DNA of 63,016 nt, filler included, from GCF_002087085.1; 3 parts of 3 records of this genome joined end to end with filler, not necessarily neighbours in it, one strand, 5' to 3'. Shown: positions 29,874-39,650, counted from the whole stretch's first letter. The notes: a model not told the origin generated them from the sequence alone. Made by a program: numbers and translations.

Positions 29874-29924
29874 CCCGCATTTCTCACAAATAAAATGAAA
29901 AAGAGGGCCTTTTTATGATAAATT
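29874..29924. mobile_element. Probable IS terminal inverted repeat at the contig end (ISNCY-like)
   Basis: CCCGCATTTCTCACAAA; reverse complement reads FVRNAG*, which I recall from some ISNCY-type ends; abuts a truncated gene and an assembly break. Confidence 0.4.
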
Positions 29925-30024
29925 NNNNNNNNNNNNNNNNNNNNNNNNNNNNNNNNNNNNNNNNNNNNTTAATTAATTAANNNNNNNNNNNNNNNNNNNN
30001 NNNNNNNNNNNNNNNNNNNNNNNN
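29925..30024. other. Artificial contig linker / assembly gap
   Basis: N44-TTAATTAATTAA-N44 (stops in all six frames). Confidence 0.99.
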
Positions 30025-30057
30025 CAATATATACCGCGTTTAGCTTTTTTTCAATAT

Positions 30058-30158
30058 ATATAACATCCAATTGAGCTGCAAACCGTTAAGCTGGCGCGTG
30101 TTCTTGCGAAAGCAAGAACCGTGACAGTAGGTTTGACTGCTCCAATTGCTGGTTATGT
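30058..30158 (-). mobile_element. attC: Integron attC recombination site
   Basis: Minus strand: R'' ACATAAC, 5-nt spacer, L'' ATTGGAGC, long imperfect inverted repeat with GTTCTTGC-tttc-GCAAGAAC apex, L' GCTCAAT, spacer, R' GTTATAT; the HEPN gene stop lies within R''. Confidence 0.9.
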
Positions 30159-30623
30159 AGTAATCTCGAAAATTTTCCTAATCAATTTTTTTGTATCGTC
30201 ATAATATTTTGTTAAACTTACCATTGACAAATCGATTGTGTTTCCGTGTGCGATAGCATGTCGTACAGTTATTAAACTGTTAACCGATCCTTTTATTTCT
30301 TCATAATCTCTCATTTCAACTAAATTTGATTTCCACTCTCTGTTAAATTGCTCCAAAAGACTCTCTATCTTCCCCGTGCGTGCATTTGTAAAATTCTTTA
30401 GATTTGAATCAATATAATTTCTTACCTCTATTGAACCATGGTTAGATGAATAAGCCAAAAGACACATATAAATAGATTTTTCTAAATGACCAGACACAAG
30501 CACACATAGGTATTTAGTGAATTCAGCAATTAGTTCGATATCATAACTATCGCCCTTTAGAATCACTGTGACTTTTTTAAATAAATTATCAATTCTTCGT
30601 TGCCTACTATCAATTTCTTTCAT
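30153..30623 (-). CDS. HEPN domain protein (MAE_28990/RiboL-PSP-like), putative RNase
   Basis: Rx4H motif RHAIAHG; N-terminal LVSGHLE; translationally coupled (TAATG) to DUF262 gene. Confidence 0.8.
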   Translation of the reverse strand: MKEIDSRQRRIDNLFKKVTVILKGDSYDIELIAEFTKYLCVLVSGHLEKSIYMCLLAYSSNHGSIEVRNYIDSNLKNFTNARTGKIESLLEQFNREWKSNLVEMRDYEEIKGSVNSLITVRHAIAHGNTIDLSMVSLTKYYDDTKKLIRKIFEITT

Positions 30624-31696
30624 TATTCCAATGATCTTATAATAATCCTAATTCTATTCTTAATACTTTCAGTATGGTGCGTCTTCCCAGTCATTATTGT
30701 TTTCTGAAATTCAGTGGATTGAATTATAGACAATAACTTATCAGAAATATTTCCTACATTTATTTTTTTTCCATTCAGATATAAATGTGATAATCCTGCA
30801 TAAACACTGTCTAATATTGCTAGATTGATTGGCCCTTTATTAGGCCGAAAAACATTATTATCAATATGGTTGCTAATTACATCAATTACACTGATAAATG
30901 ATGTGTATATCATGTCATAACTATATTTTTCAAAGTTCTTATTATAATCAATAAAATTATTTAAAAATTGCTTCATATTACCTGTATAGTTTTCATAATC
31001 TAACGATAACGCAATTAGCCTTAGACAGATCTCTTCATGTTTTTTTCTCTTTTTGTCAATTCGCAGTATATCTAGAAATTTTTCATTATTTGCTAACTCA
31101 ATAATTAATTTAAGGAACTCTCCTTGGTAGATACAATTACGAATCTCTTGTGGGCTCAGATTCATTCCACCAGTATTCAACCTTTCAAATATCAAATAAA
31201 CACTAGAGTAATTCTTTTCAATCGGATCATCTGCTTTAATAACTGTTGAGTGTATAACAGTATCTTCTAATTTCATTTTTAGTTCAGAAGGTAAATCATT
31301 TATTGTTTTGCCGTTAAATGCATTACTTACTCCTGATAATCTAAATTTTTTGCCTAAAAAATCATTATTAAAATATGACGCCAAACTTGTTAGACGTTGC
31401 AAACCATCTATAATAAGAAATTTTTGGCTTTCGTCCTCTTTCAATAAGAAAATTCCTGGAACAGGCAAACCTAACAAAAGGGATTCTATAAATTTAGATG
31501 CTTTCCTTATATTCCAAACAAAACTTCTTTGAAATTCTGGAGCAAAAACCGTTTTTGCATTAAAACGACGAACAAGTCCTGTTACATCAAAGTCAATACC
31601 ATAGCTAGTTAATGAGTATTCAATATTATAATTTTCTTCAAGTTCATCAGGTTCAAGTTCGTCATAATCCATTAGATCTTCTGGGAACTCAGGCAT
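30623..31696 (-). CDS. DUF262 (GmrS/ParB-like) domain protein
   Basis: PEFQRSFVW, FIESLLLGLPVP, IIDGLQRL, FERLNTGG, EIRN. Confidence 0.92.
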   Translation of the reverse strand: MPEFPEDLMDYDELEPDELEENYNIEYSLTSYGIDFDVTGLVRRFNAKTVFAPEFQRSFVWNIRKASKFIESLLLGLPVPGIFLLKEDESQKFLIIDGLQRLTSLASYFNNDFLGKKFRLSGVSNAFNGKTINDLPSELKMKLEDTVIHSTVIKADDPIEKNYSSVYLIFERLNTGGMNLSPQEIRNCIYQGEFLKLIIELANNEKFLDILRIDKKRKKHEEICLRLIALSLDYENYTGNMKQFLNNFIDYNKNFEKYSYDMIYTSFISVIDVISNHIDNNVFRPNKGPINLAILDSVYAGLSHLYLNGKKINVGNISDKLLSIIQSTEFQKTIMTGKTHHTESIKNRIRIIIRSLE

Positions 31697-31744
31697 CAGC
31701 TACTCCTATTTTTACTATAGTACTATTACTCTTAAGTTTTATCT

Positions 31745-31806
31745 ACATAACATAATCTACTCACCACTTTTGTATTATTCTACACCCCCTTAGTAAAACA
31801 ACACAA
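31745..31806 (-). promoter_or_regulatory. attI-like core site with putative upstream Pc-type promoter
   Basis: GTTATGT core without attC arms; TTGTGT-18 nt-TAGAAT upstream on the minus strand. Confidence 0.45.
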
Positions 31807-31908
31807 TTGCATTTTTCCTCGTCTCTGACAGATGATTTCTATCACCGACTGGTTGAGAACATGAGCTTGATACACTTGTTTTACAGGAAAGATCAGATCG
31901 TAACCGTA

Positions 31909-32499
31909 TTAACCGGTTTTTTCGTCATTAAGGGCCTGTTCAGCTGTAATTAAATGAAAGATTGACTTTGTATCAGGATCGACCTCCCCGAAACGTACGA
32001 AAATGGCAATCTCTTCGATAAAGCCGATCAGGTAAATTACCAGAATGATTGTTATAAAGTATGTGGTATTCAGGTAACCGGACAGGATTACCAGGGCATA
32101 AACCAGAACGCCGTTAAGTCTGAGAAGAAAAGTATGCATCATGATCGGTTTTCCGCAGTAAAAGCCCGAAACAATGAAGGAAAGCACAAACAGAGCGAAG
32201 AAGACCTTTAAAAGAAGCATATTCGGCACCAGGTAGACCAGATAGAGCTTGTACATGAACCAGGCGCTTCCCAGGTAGAAAAATATGTCCACGAATGAAT
32301 CGAGCTTCTTCCCAAGCTCTGTTTTCTGATTGAAGGTCCGGGCAACCCAGCCGTCAAAAAAATCCGTGGAACCGAGGATAATGTAGGCCACAAGAAAAGC
32401 TGAACGCCTGTCGAACTGCACAAAAACGACGAGAACAGGAAGAAAAATCAGTCGGGACAGGGAAAGCGCATTGGGAACATTCAAGACCCTCTTTTCCAT
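31909..32499 (-). CDS. CDP-alcohol phosphatidyltransferase family protein
   Basis: NVPNALSLSR, TDFFDGWVAR...GKKLDSFVD signature. Confidence 0.9.
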   Translation of the reverse strand: MEKRVLNVPNALSLSRLIFLPVLVVFVQFDRRSAFLVAYIILGSTDFFDGWVARTFNQKTELGKKLDSFVDIFFYLGSAWFMYKLYLVYLVPNMLLLKVFFALFVLSFIVSGFYCGKPIMMHTFLLRLNGVLVYALVILSGYLNTTYFITIILVIYLIGFIEEIAIFVRFGEVDPDTKSIFHLITAEQALNDEKTG

Positions 32500-32652
32500 G
32501 CTGGATAACCCCCATATAAAAGGAAACACCCCGATTCATGATATGTCTGCTATCAAATTACAAACACGAACTGTAAAGAGTATACAGTGCAATACTTCAG
32601 ATAGCGAGAAAAATCGTCTTCTGTCGGGTCTGAACACCAGGGGCCACACTGC

Positions 32653-32681
32653 AAAAACCGCCCCAATTGATCGGGGCGGTT
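32653..32681 (-). terminator. Intrinsic terminator
   Basis: AACCGCCCC...GGGGCGGTT stem with T run on the minus strand, after the 32713 gene. Confidence 0.65.
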
Positions 32682-32712
32682 CCATTGTACTATCGACAGG
32701 CAGCTTCTGTTC

Positions 32713-33177
32713 TTATCTCCGTCCTCCGGGACCTGTTTTACCCGCTGGACCTCTGGAAGAGCCTCGCCCCTGGCTGTTTCCGCCCCGGTCAGAAGCAAAC
32801 CTGGGCCCCTGAGCCATCGCTCCGGTTTGCCGGTAGGATTCAACATCGTATTCAGTACCGTCAATAATGGCCCGGGTTACACTGATTACCTGCTTATCTG
32901 CAGTATTCCTGCCATATCCCTCATGAACATAGCCCTCCAGACTCACCTGGGCGCCGTCTTCAACGGCAATTTCTTCCTGGTAGGTCCGGGGAACCATAAC
33001 AAGGTACTCTTCACCTCCGGATTTCAGAACCGGCGGGTTCACGGACAAATCGATGCTTCCCGTAAGGGTAACCAGGTCCCCTTCAAGTGCGGGCCTCGCC
33101 ACTTCTCGTGAACCTTCGGCAAAAACAGCCATGCCTGCAAGAAGTACCAGCATAAATACAAGTGCGAAATGTTTCAT
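32713..33177 (-). CDS. Hypothetical exported protein with G/R-rich tail
   Basis: AGGAGG RBS, signal peptide, OB-fold-like core. Confidence 0.7.
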   Translation of the reverse strand: MKHFALVFMLVLLAGMAVFAEGSREVARPALEGDLVTLTGSIDLSVNPPVLKSGGEEYLVMVPRTYQEEIAVEDGAQVSLEGYVHEGYGRNTADKQVISVTRAIIDGTEYDVESYRQTGAMAQGPRFASDRGGNSQGRGSSRGPAGKTGPGGRR

Positions 33178-33337
33178 AACGTCCTCCTGGTCGTCTGTGC
33201 GACCTCTCTTTGGTTTACATCGATGAATCTATACCGAAGGTATGAACAAGTTATGAAAGAAATTTGGAGTTTCAGTGAAGTGATGATATAATTCCAGCTG
33301 CATGGAGACGGCGAAGGCGGTTAAACCCAGGAATACA

Positions 33338-33799
33338 ATGAATGCAGATATTATCAACCTGTTTCTCCATTCGGCAATCCGTCTTTTCAGGGATATGTTC
33401 GGGCTCAGAATAACCTCGTGTCCGGCTTATGTTCTGGAAAACCAGTTGAGCCATCGCTGGGAAATCTCCGGGATTCTCGGAATTACCGGTGATTATTCGG
33501 GTATTATCTCCTTCAGGCTGCCGAGCCTGCTTGCGGACAAGCTTCTGGAAAAATCGGGGATCATCCTCCACGATGACAACAAACGTCGGGAGACTGTCTA
33601 CAGCATGGTCGGGGAACTTACCAACATCATCTCGAGTAATGTATCCGACCAGCTTGTTCAGAGCTCCATCAGCATCTCTCCGCCGGCGGTGATTATTGGA
33701 AAGAATCACCGCATCCTCTGGCCTAAAACTACCCCGGTTATCGCGATCCCCTTCAGTACCCAGTACGGCCCCTTCGAAGTCGATGTCTGCATGAAATAG
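33338..33799 (+). CDS. cheX: CheX-like chemotaxis phosphatase
   Basis: ISGILGITGD, GELTNII (ExxN), ISPPAVIIG, IPFST. Confidence 0.85.
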   Translation: MNADIINLFLHSAIRLFRDMFGLRITSCPAYVLENQLSHRWEISGILGITGDYSGIISFRLPSLLADKLLEKSGIILHDDNKRRETVYSMVGELTNIISSNVSDQLVQSSISISPPAVIIGKNHRILWPKTTPVIAIPFSTQYGPFEVDVCMK

Positions 33800-33810
33800 A
33801 AGAGGTCCTG

Positions 33811-34368
33811 TCACTTTAGAAAAATCTGAAACGACTGCCCCGGTATTTGCGTAATTCTCTCAGAAAAACGGAAGCCCGTCCCTTCAAGTACCCGGCTGAT
33901 TCTTTCCGGCGGAGTACTGTGACCATGCTTCGGCATCCAGCCCCGGGAGCCATCGTGATCGATAACCGCCACAGCGCCCCCCGGCTTGAGGGCCCGGCGC
34001 ACGGAAGAAAAATACGTATTCGGATTATCCAGATGATGAAAGCTGTTTCTGGAAAAAACCAGGTCCACCGAATCTTCCGGGATCAGGCAATCATCCGTGT
34101 CGCCCAGGACCAGTATGATCTGATTACTCAATCCTGCCCTCCTGGCCGTCCTGGCTATATATGCCAGCCGGTGGGAGTCGGTATCGACGGCATAAACCTC
34201 TCCTGCGGCACCGACTGTCCGGGCCAGGGGAAGGGTAAAGGCCCCTCCCCCGGCACCGATATCCGCCACTTTCTGCCCGGATTTCAGGGGCAGATGCCCG
34301 ATTATTGCATCGGTGAATTTCCGGGCCTCCAGATTAAGCATTTTCAGGTTCAGTTCAGTCAGCAGCAT
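33811..34368 (-). CDS. Class I SAM-dependent methyltransferase
   Basis: VADIGAGGG, VYAVD, FHHL, ALKPGG. Confidence 0.9.
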   Translation of the reverse strand: MLLTELNLKMLNLEARKFTDAIIGHLPLKSGQKVADIGAGGGAFTLPLARTVGAAGEVYAVDTDSHRLAYIARTARRAGLSNQIILVLGDTDDCLIPEDSVDLVFSRNSFHHLDNPNTYFSSVRRALKPGGAVAVIDHDGSRGWMPKHGHSTPPERISRVLEGTGFRFSERITQIPGQSFQIFLK

Positions 34369-34705
34369 CTTCGTTTTCCCCCTCCCCGTTCAGATTCACC
34401 TCTTCGGTTCTACCGAATTTCTCATGGAATTTTTCCCGCCATACATCATGATGTCTCCGGCTGTCCCCGCGATGATCACTGTGATGATGTCCGCCCTTGA
34501 ACAGGATCTGGGCCAGCAGGACAAGTCCCCAGGCCTGCCAGTAGGTAATTTCGGTCAAGCCGAAAATCTGCGGCATAAGCCAGTTCCACAGAAACATGAC
34601 CACCAGGCCGAAAATCAGGGCCAGAAATGCCGCGCCCAGTATTCCGAGGATAACCCAGGGAATGATCCGGAATACCTTGAACTGTCTGTCCTTGTGAATG
34701 TGCAT
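34355..34705 (-). CDS. Small membrane protein downstream of ECF sigma (candidate anti-sigma)
   Basis: VMFLWNWLMPQIFGL..ITYWQAWGL hydrophobic motif; directly follows sigma gene. Confidence 0.7.
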   Translation of the reverse strand: MHIHKDRQFKVFRIIPWVILGILGAAFLALIFGLVVMFLWNWLMPQIFGLTEITYWQAWGLVLLAQILFKGGHHHSDHRGDSRRHHDVWREKFHEKFGRTEEVNLNGEGENEDAAD

Positions 34706-34726
34706 AGTATCTCCTCCCGATAAATA

Positions 34727-35272
34727 TCAGTGTTCCATTTCATCAAAAAAAACTTTAAGATCTGCAAGCCGCCTGCGAAGGAAGCGCAGGGCATAGCGTT
34801 TGCGGGCCGTAAGGGTATTGATTGAGACACCCGTCAGTTCGGAAATCTCCGCAAAGGTTCTTCCATCCACCGCCTGGAGCAGAAATACCTCCCGCTGCTC
34901 AGGGGGAAGTTCATCGAGACTCTCATACAGGGCGTCTATCATCTCCTCCCGCAGCAGGGCATCTTCGACACCCGGAGAGCGGTCATCCATCAGATCATTT
35001 TCTCCCTCGAGGGTCCCGGGTACAACGGAGGATTCTCTTTTAAGCCAGGTCTGTTTTGAACGGTAATAATCGATGATTCGGTTTCGTGCAGCCGCCCAGA
35101 TCCAGGCACCAAGATTTTCCACAGGGCTCAGGGCATCCAGGTTCTCGGCGGCCCTGGTAAACAGGTCCTGCAACAGGTCTTCCGCATCCCCGGGGTTGCC
35201 TATGCGCTTCCTTATAAAGGAGAGAAGCTGACTGGATTTTTCACGAAAGAGTGTATCGAGCCTGCGGCTCAT
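34727..35272 (-). CDS. ECF sigma-70 factor
   Basis: DAEDLLQD, ARNRIIDYYR, LDELPPEQREVF, region 4 HTH. Confidence 0.93.
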   Translation of the reverse strand: MSRRLDTLFREKSSQLLSFIRKRIGNPGDAEDLLQDLFTRAAENLDALSPVENLGAWIWAAARNRIIDYYRSKQTWLKRESSVVPGTLEGENDLMDDRSPGVEDALLREEMIDALYESLDELPPEQREVFLLQAVDGRTFAEISELTGVSINTLTARKRYALRFLRRRLADLKVFFDEMEH

Positions 35273-35372
35273 CTTCGCCTCCTACATGTATAGTAGACGT
35301 ATCCGCAGGCTTTTTGGTGCAGCTTGTGCGTAACTTTTTTTGAAAAAGTCAGGTGGATTCAGGTCCTGAGGT

Positions 35373-36023
35373 TTACTCAACCTGCTGTTTTTTTCTTCTG
35401 GTATTCACAAAACGCTGGAAGTCGTTGATGTTTTTGACGACAATCCGGTCACTGAATATATCCACCCGCCGCTGGGCGACGAAATGGTTCAGGATCTGCC
35501 TGACCTTGTCCGTGCTCATCCCCGCCCAGTGGGCGATATCGTCAACACTGGTCATGAAGGTACGCTCGTCGTTGTCATTCAGCTGCCGCTGCTGGGTTTC
35601 CGCCAGCATGAGGAACACATCAGCGACCCGGGCCTGTTCATCCTCCAGGGTCAGGATCATAAAGCGGCGTTTCTGATCGTAGACCCGCTTGGTAAAGAGT
35701 TTCAGCAGTTTAAGAGCGATCTGGGGATTACCCTGCATCAGAACTTCAAAGTTCTCCTGATTGAATTCCAGCAGCTTGCAGGGATCCAGGGCGATGGCGG
35801 TGGCCGATCTGGGAGAGTCCTCCAGGATGGCCATTTCGCCGAAGATCTCCCCGGGCTGAAGAATATCCAGATTCTTTTCCAGGTCTTCCATTATCTTGAC
35901 GATCTGTACCCTGCCGGACTGTATCAGGTAAAAGGTGTCCCCCGGTTCGTGTTCACAGAATATTATATCCCCTTTTTCAAAGGTAACGGCGAATCGGTTG
36001 AACATGGACATATCCAGAGCCAT
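35373..36023 (-). CDS. Crp/Fnr family regulator
   Basis: cNMP domain (GEIFGEMA...PRSATA) plus C-terminal HTH-like segment. Confidence 0.9.
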   Translation of the reverse strand: MALDMSMFNRFAVTFEKGDIIFCEHEPGDTFYLIQSGRVQIVKIMEDLEKNLDILQPGEIFGEMAILEDSPRSATAIALDPCKLLEFNQENFEVLMQGNPQIALKLLKLFTKRVYDQKRRFMILTLEDEQARVADVFLMLAETQQRQLNDNDERTFMTSVDDIAHWAGMSTDKVRQILNHFVAQRRVDIFSDRIVVKNINDFQRFVNTRRKKQQVE

Positions 36024-37012
36024 TATCCCCTCCCCTCCAGCGATTTCAAGGCTTTTCTGGATTTTCTGTTAACAGGATTATCCTCGGTGGTCATATTCAG
36101 GATCTTGGTAAACAGTCCCCTGGCTTTCGTGGCGCTTCCTTCCTTGTCGTAGGCACTGGCTACATAGAAGAGAGCGTCGGCCAGGTCAGGATGCTTTGGA
36201 TAGCGCTGAATCAGACCGGTAAAGTGGCTGACAGTCTCAGTATACTTGTTCAAAGAAAAGAGACAGCGGCCCATCTCGTAATAGGACTTGGCCACATACT
36301 CGTCGTCATCGCCTTTTTCCACAATCAGTTTGAACTGTTTCAGGGCCTCATCGTAGCGCTGCTGGCTGAAAAGGCTGACTGCATCGTAGTATTCCCGTGC
36401 TCCGGCACTCAAGCCGGCACCCCTGGCGGCGGGTCTGACCTCGTTGGGGTTTTCCTCCCGCAGGGGAACGTTCCGCTGGCTGTACTGTTCGGCCAGGGAG
36501 ATGTTTGCCGTGGCCTCCTCGGCGTATTTTCCGTGGGGATAGTATAAAAGATAGCGCTGAAAGGTATACAGGGCCTGTCGGTATCGCTTGTTTTTCAGGT
36601 AGTATTCACCGATCTGAAACAGCCCGTCTTCAGGATCCGTCTCGCTGTCGCTGGTGGAAATCAGGTTCTGGACCTGTTGATGGATCCTGCGCAGCTGATT
36701 TGAAAAGACCTTGAGCATCTTCATGATGATACGGGTGTTCTTCAGCACGACCTGTTCAAACTCGGGTACGGAAAACACAAGCATCGTGGAATCCGAGAGT
36801 ACCATAGCGGTCTCTTCCCGGGGGTATTTTCCCAGAGAAGATTTAACGCCGAAGAACTCGCCGGTTTTGATCTGCTCGTTTATCTCCTGCCCTGTTTCGA
36901 TATCGTTGGAACGAAGATTGACGCGTCCTGACTTGAGTATATAGATTTTTTCGCTGACATCGCCCCGGAAGTAGACCACCGAGTTTGCCTTAAAATTAAT
37001 CGCTTTAGGCAT
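36023..37012 (-). CDS. cNMP-binding domain + TPR protein
   Basis: GEFFG...PREETA cNMP motif; C-terminal TPR/BamD-like repeats. Confidence 0.88.
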   Translation of the reverse strand: MPKAINFKANSVVYFRGDVSEKIYILKSGRVNLRSNDIETGQEINEQIKTGEFFGVKSSLGKYPREETAMVLSDSTMLVFSVPEFEQVVLKNTRIIMKMLKVFSNQLRRIHQQVQNLISTSDSETDPEDGLFQIGEYYLKNKRYRQALYTFQRYLLYYPHGKYAEEATANISLAEQYSQRNVPLREENPNEVRPAARGAGLSAGAREYYDAVSLFSQQRYDEALKQFKLIVEKGDDDEYVAKSYYEMGRCLFSLNKYTETVSHFTGLIQRYPKHPDLADALFYVASAYDKEGSATKARGLFTKILNMTTEDNPVNRKSRKALKSLEGRG

Positions 37013-37163
37013 CGCAGGTTACCACCACCTCGCTTGGTGAAAATTGTAGCGACGAAACGGAGATACTGTCAATCGCCGCCTCTCCTTATAACTATCGGAT
37101 TAATTCCCGAATAATGGAAGCCTTTCCCTTGTTAAAGAGGGATATATTGCCTAGTATAGCCGG

Positions 37164-37997
37164 GTGATCGACCTTCATCTCCACTCAACTGCCTCCGACG
37201 GCCGGCTCTCACCCACGGATCTGATACGTAAAGGGGCAGAAGAGGCGGACTCGATCCTCGCCCTGACCGACCACGATACCCTTTCGGGATTGCAGGAATT
37301 TACCTTGGCCGCGGCGGAACTCGGCGTAACGGCCCTTACCGGAGTAGAACTATCCGCGGAGTTCAGCCATGGCGAACTTCATCTTCTGGGATACAACTTT
37401 GATCCGGCACGCCTTGAGGCCGTCGGGCTTCTGGCCCGTATCCGGGAAGCCCGGGAAGAACGTAACCGCAGAATCTTCAGAAGCATGACGGCGGATGCTC
37501 TGCCCGTGGACTACCATGAATGGAGAGAGGCAATCCCCGGCCCATCCCCGGGACGCCCCCATATTGCCGATTACTTTATTCAAAAAGGCATTGCGGGAAG
37601 CAGAAGAGAGGCCTTCGACCGTTTTCTTTCCGAGGGGCGGCCCTATTACCTTCCCAGAGAAAACCCTCCCCTCCATGAGTGTGTCAATGCCATTCGGTCG
37701 GCGGGGGGGATACCGGTGGTTGCCCATCCCTGGTCACTGAAAATCTCCTTTTCAACCCTTTTGGAGCTCATTCCCCAATGGAAGGAGATCGGCATAATGG
37801 GCATGGAAATTATCCATCCCTCCGTTAACCGCGACCAGAGCAGTCGCCTCGGCCTTCTTGCCCGGGATAACGGCCTCGTCTGTTCCGGGGGTTCGGATTT
37901 TCACGGAGTTCCGGAGGACCGGCGCTTTTTTGGAAAAACCTCCTGGGGTAAAAAAATCCCCCGGGACCTCTCCCTGCTGGTTCATCTTGGGCTCTGA
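37164..37997 (+). CDS. PHP domain phosphoesterase (TrpH/YciV-like)
   Basis: DLHLHSTASDG, LTDHD, GVELS, GRPHIA, AHP, GGSDFHG. Confidence 0.93.
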   Translation: MIDLHLHSTASDGRLSPTDLIRKGAEEADSILALTDHDTLSGLQEFTLAAAELGVTALTGVELSAEFSHGELHLLGYNFDPARLEAVGLLARIREAREERNRRIFRSMTADALPVDYHEWREAIPGPSPGRPHIADYFIQKGIAGSRREAFDRFLSEGRPYYLPRENPPLHECVNAIRSAGGIPVVAHPWSLKISFSTLLELIPQWKEIGIMGMEIIHPSVNRDQSSRLGLLARDNGLVCSGGSDFHGVPEDRRFFGKTSWGKKIPRDLSLLVHLGL

Positions 37998-38051
37998 GCG
38001 CCGGCTGCGAACTTGCGGTATGTGCCGCTATACCCTATTATAGTAGCATCT

Positions 38052-38828
38052 ATGGTAGCACAACTTGGCCGCTGGTTTATCGGGAAACTTGAGGGTCTTG
38101 CCTACGCTGCGGGCTTTTTCTTCCTGGTAATCAAGGAGGCAGCACTCTTTATCCGCCGGAAACAGGTCGGTTTTCATGTACTTGTCATGCAGATTCTCTT
38201 TACCGGCTTCGAGGCCCTGGCCATTACCGGTCTTATCGCCATGGCCCTGGGGGCGGTCATTATCGTTCAGGGGGTCAATCTGCTGCCCCAGTTCGGCCAG
38301 GGAGAACTGATCTACACTATTCTGATAACCGTGATAACCCGCGAGCTCGGACCTCTTCTGACGGCATTTATCATTACCGCCCGCTCGGGTACCGCCATTG
38401 CGACGGAACTGGGAAACATGGTGATCTCCCACGAGGTGGAGGCCTACGTCTCCATCGGCATCAATCCCATCTCCTATCTCGTGGTTCCCCGATTTCTGGG
38501 CGTGACGATTTCTCTGCTGGTGCTCAACATCTATTTCAACATTTTCGGGCTGGTGGGGTCCTACTTTCTGACCCAGTTGATTCGTCCGATCCAGTTTCTG
38601 GAATACTTCGGAAACCTCCTGGCCCAGATCCGGCTGGCGGACATTGCATCGGCCTTCGTCAAGAGCCTGGTTTTCGGCGTAATTATCAGCACCGTTGCAA
38701 CCTACAACGGCTTTGCGGTACAGCAGGCTTCCACCGAGATTCCCCAGAAGGTCATAAAAGCAGTGGGACAGGGTTTTATTCTCTGCATCATCGCCAACGC
38801 GGTAATAACCATGATTTACTATCTGTGA
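38052..38828 (+). CDS. mlaE: MlaE family ABC permease
   Basis: RELGPLLTA, RSGTAIATELG, YLVVPR, KSLVFG. Confidence 0.92.
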   Translation: MVAQLGRWFIGKLEGLAYAAGFFFLVIKEAALFIRRKQVGFHVLVMQILFTGFEALAITGLIAMALGAVIIVQGVNLLPQFGQGELIYTILITVITRELGPLLTAFIITARSGTAIATELGNMVISHEVEAYVSIGINPISYLVVPRFLGVTISLLVLNIYFNIFGLVGSYFLTQLIRPIQFLEYFGNLLAQIRLADIASAFVKSLVFGVIISTVATYNGFAVQQASTEIPQKVIKAVGQGFILCIIANAVITMIYYL

Positions 38829-38837
38829 GGCCCGGAT

Positions 38838-39650
38838 ATGGCACTGGAAACTGTCCTTGAACTTGAAGCTGTAAGCCTTATTCGCGGAGGCGTACAGATC
38901 ATCAAAGATGCCTCCGCACGTTTCCGGGAAGGACGGGCCACCTTTTTCCTGGGACCATCGGGATCGGGAAAAAGCACCTTTCTCAAAATAGCCGCCGGCA
39001 TCATTCCGCCGGAAAGCGGCCGGGTCTATTATCGGGGAAATGATATTTTTCAGATGAGTGAGAAAGAAAACCGGGATTTCCGGCGGCGCTGCGGCTTTGT
39101 TTTCCAGGACGGCGCGCTCTGGGCCAATCGTTCCATCTGGGAGAATCTCAGTCTCCCCCTGGAGTATCATTATCCCGGCCTGGACAAAAAGGAGAACCGT
39201 CGAAGAATAGAAGAGGCCATCCGACAGATCGGTTTCAGGGACAATCCCCAGTTGCGGCCCGCCCAGCTTTCGGGGGGCGAGTGCAAAATGATCGGTTTCA
39301 TGCGCGCCCTGATAACGGATCCGGATATTCTGTTTCTGGATACCCCCACAGGAAATGTGGATGCAAACATCGCCGCCAGGATGCACCGCATTATCAAAAA
39401 CCTGAAAGGACAGGGAAAAACCCTTTTTATCTGTTCCCACGACAAGGAGTTGATCTCCGCCGTCGCGGATGATCTGATGGTCATAGACGGCGGTTCCATC
39501 CTGAGCCATGGTCCTTTACGGGACGTACTGAGCGGTGAAAACGATGCAGTTAAAGAGATTATCGGAACGGTAGTGGACGCGGAATCAATTCTCGGCGATG
39601 ATCTGCTCCAGTTGCTCTCTCCCGAAGGGGAAAATCCCTTTGATCTGTAG
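38838..39650 (+). CDS. MlaF-like ABC ATPase
   Basis: GPSGSGKST, FVFQDGAL, LSGGE; Walker B reads LFLDTP. Confidence 0.85.
   Translation: MALETVLELEAVSLIRGGVQIIKDASARFREGRATFFLGPSGSGKSTFLKIAAGIIPPESGRVYYRGNDIFQMSEKENRDFRRRCGFVFQDGALWANRSIWENLSLPLEYHYPGLDKKENRRRIEEAIRQIGFRDNPQLRPAQLSGGECKMIGFMRALITDPDILFLDTPTGNVDANIAARMHRIIKNLKGQGKTLFICSHDKELISAVADDLMVIDGGSILSHGPLRDVLSGENDAVKEIIGTVVDAESILGDDLLQLLSPEGENPFDL

Larger units (their letters stand above)
30064..31750 (-). mobile_element. Two-gene integron cassette (DUF262 + HEPN), 1687 bp
   Basis: Starts at G|TTATGTAG (31751-31743), complementary over 9 nt to the CTACATAAC at the downstream R''; strongly AT-rich. Confidence 0.85.

Noticed and set aside
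29969..29980. TTAATTAATTAA palindrome, repeated at 57386-57397
   Set aside because: Centred in N runs; artificial six-frame-stop contig linker
27677..31750. One continuous AT-rich island joining the kinases and the integron cassette
   Set aside because: Spans an artificial linker; adjacency unproven and no attC seen near the kinases
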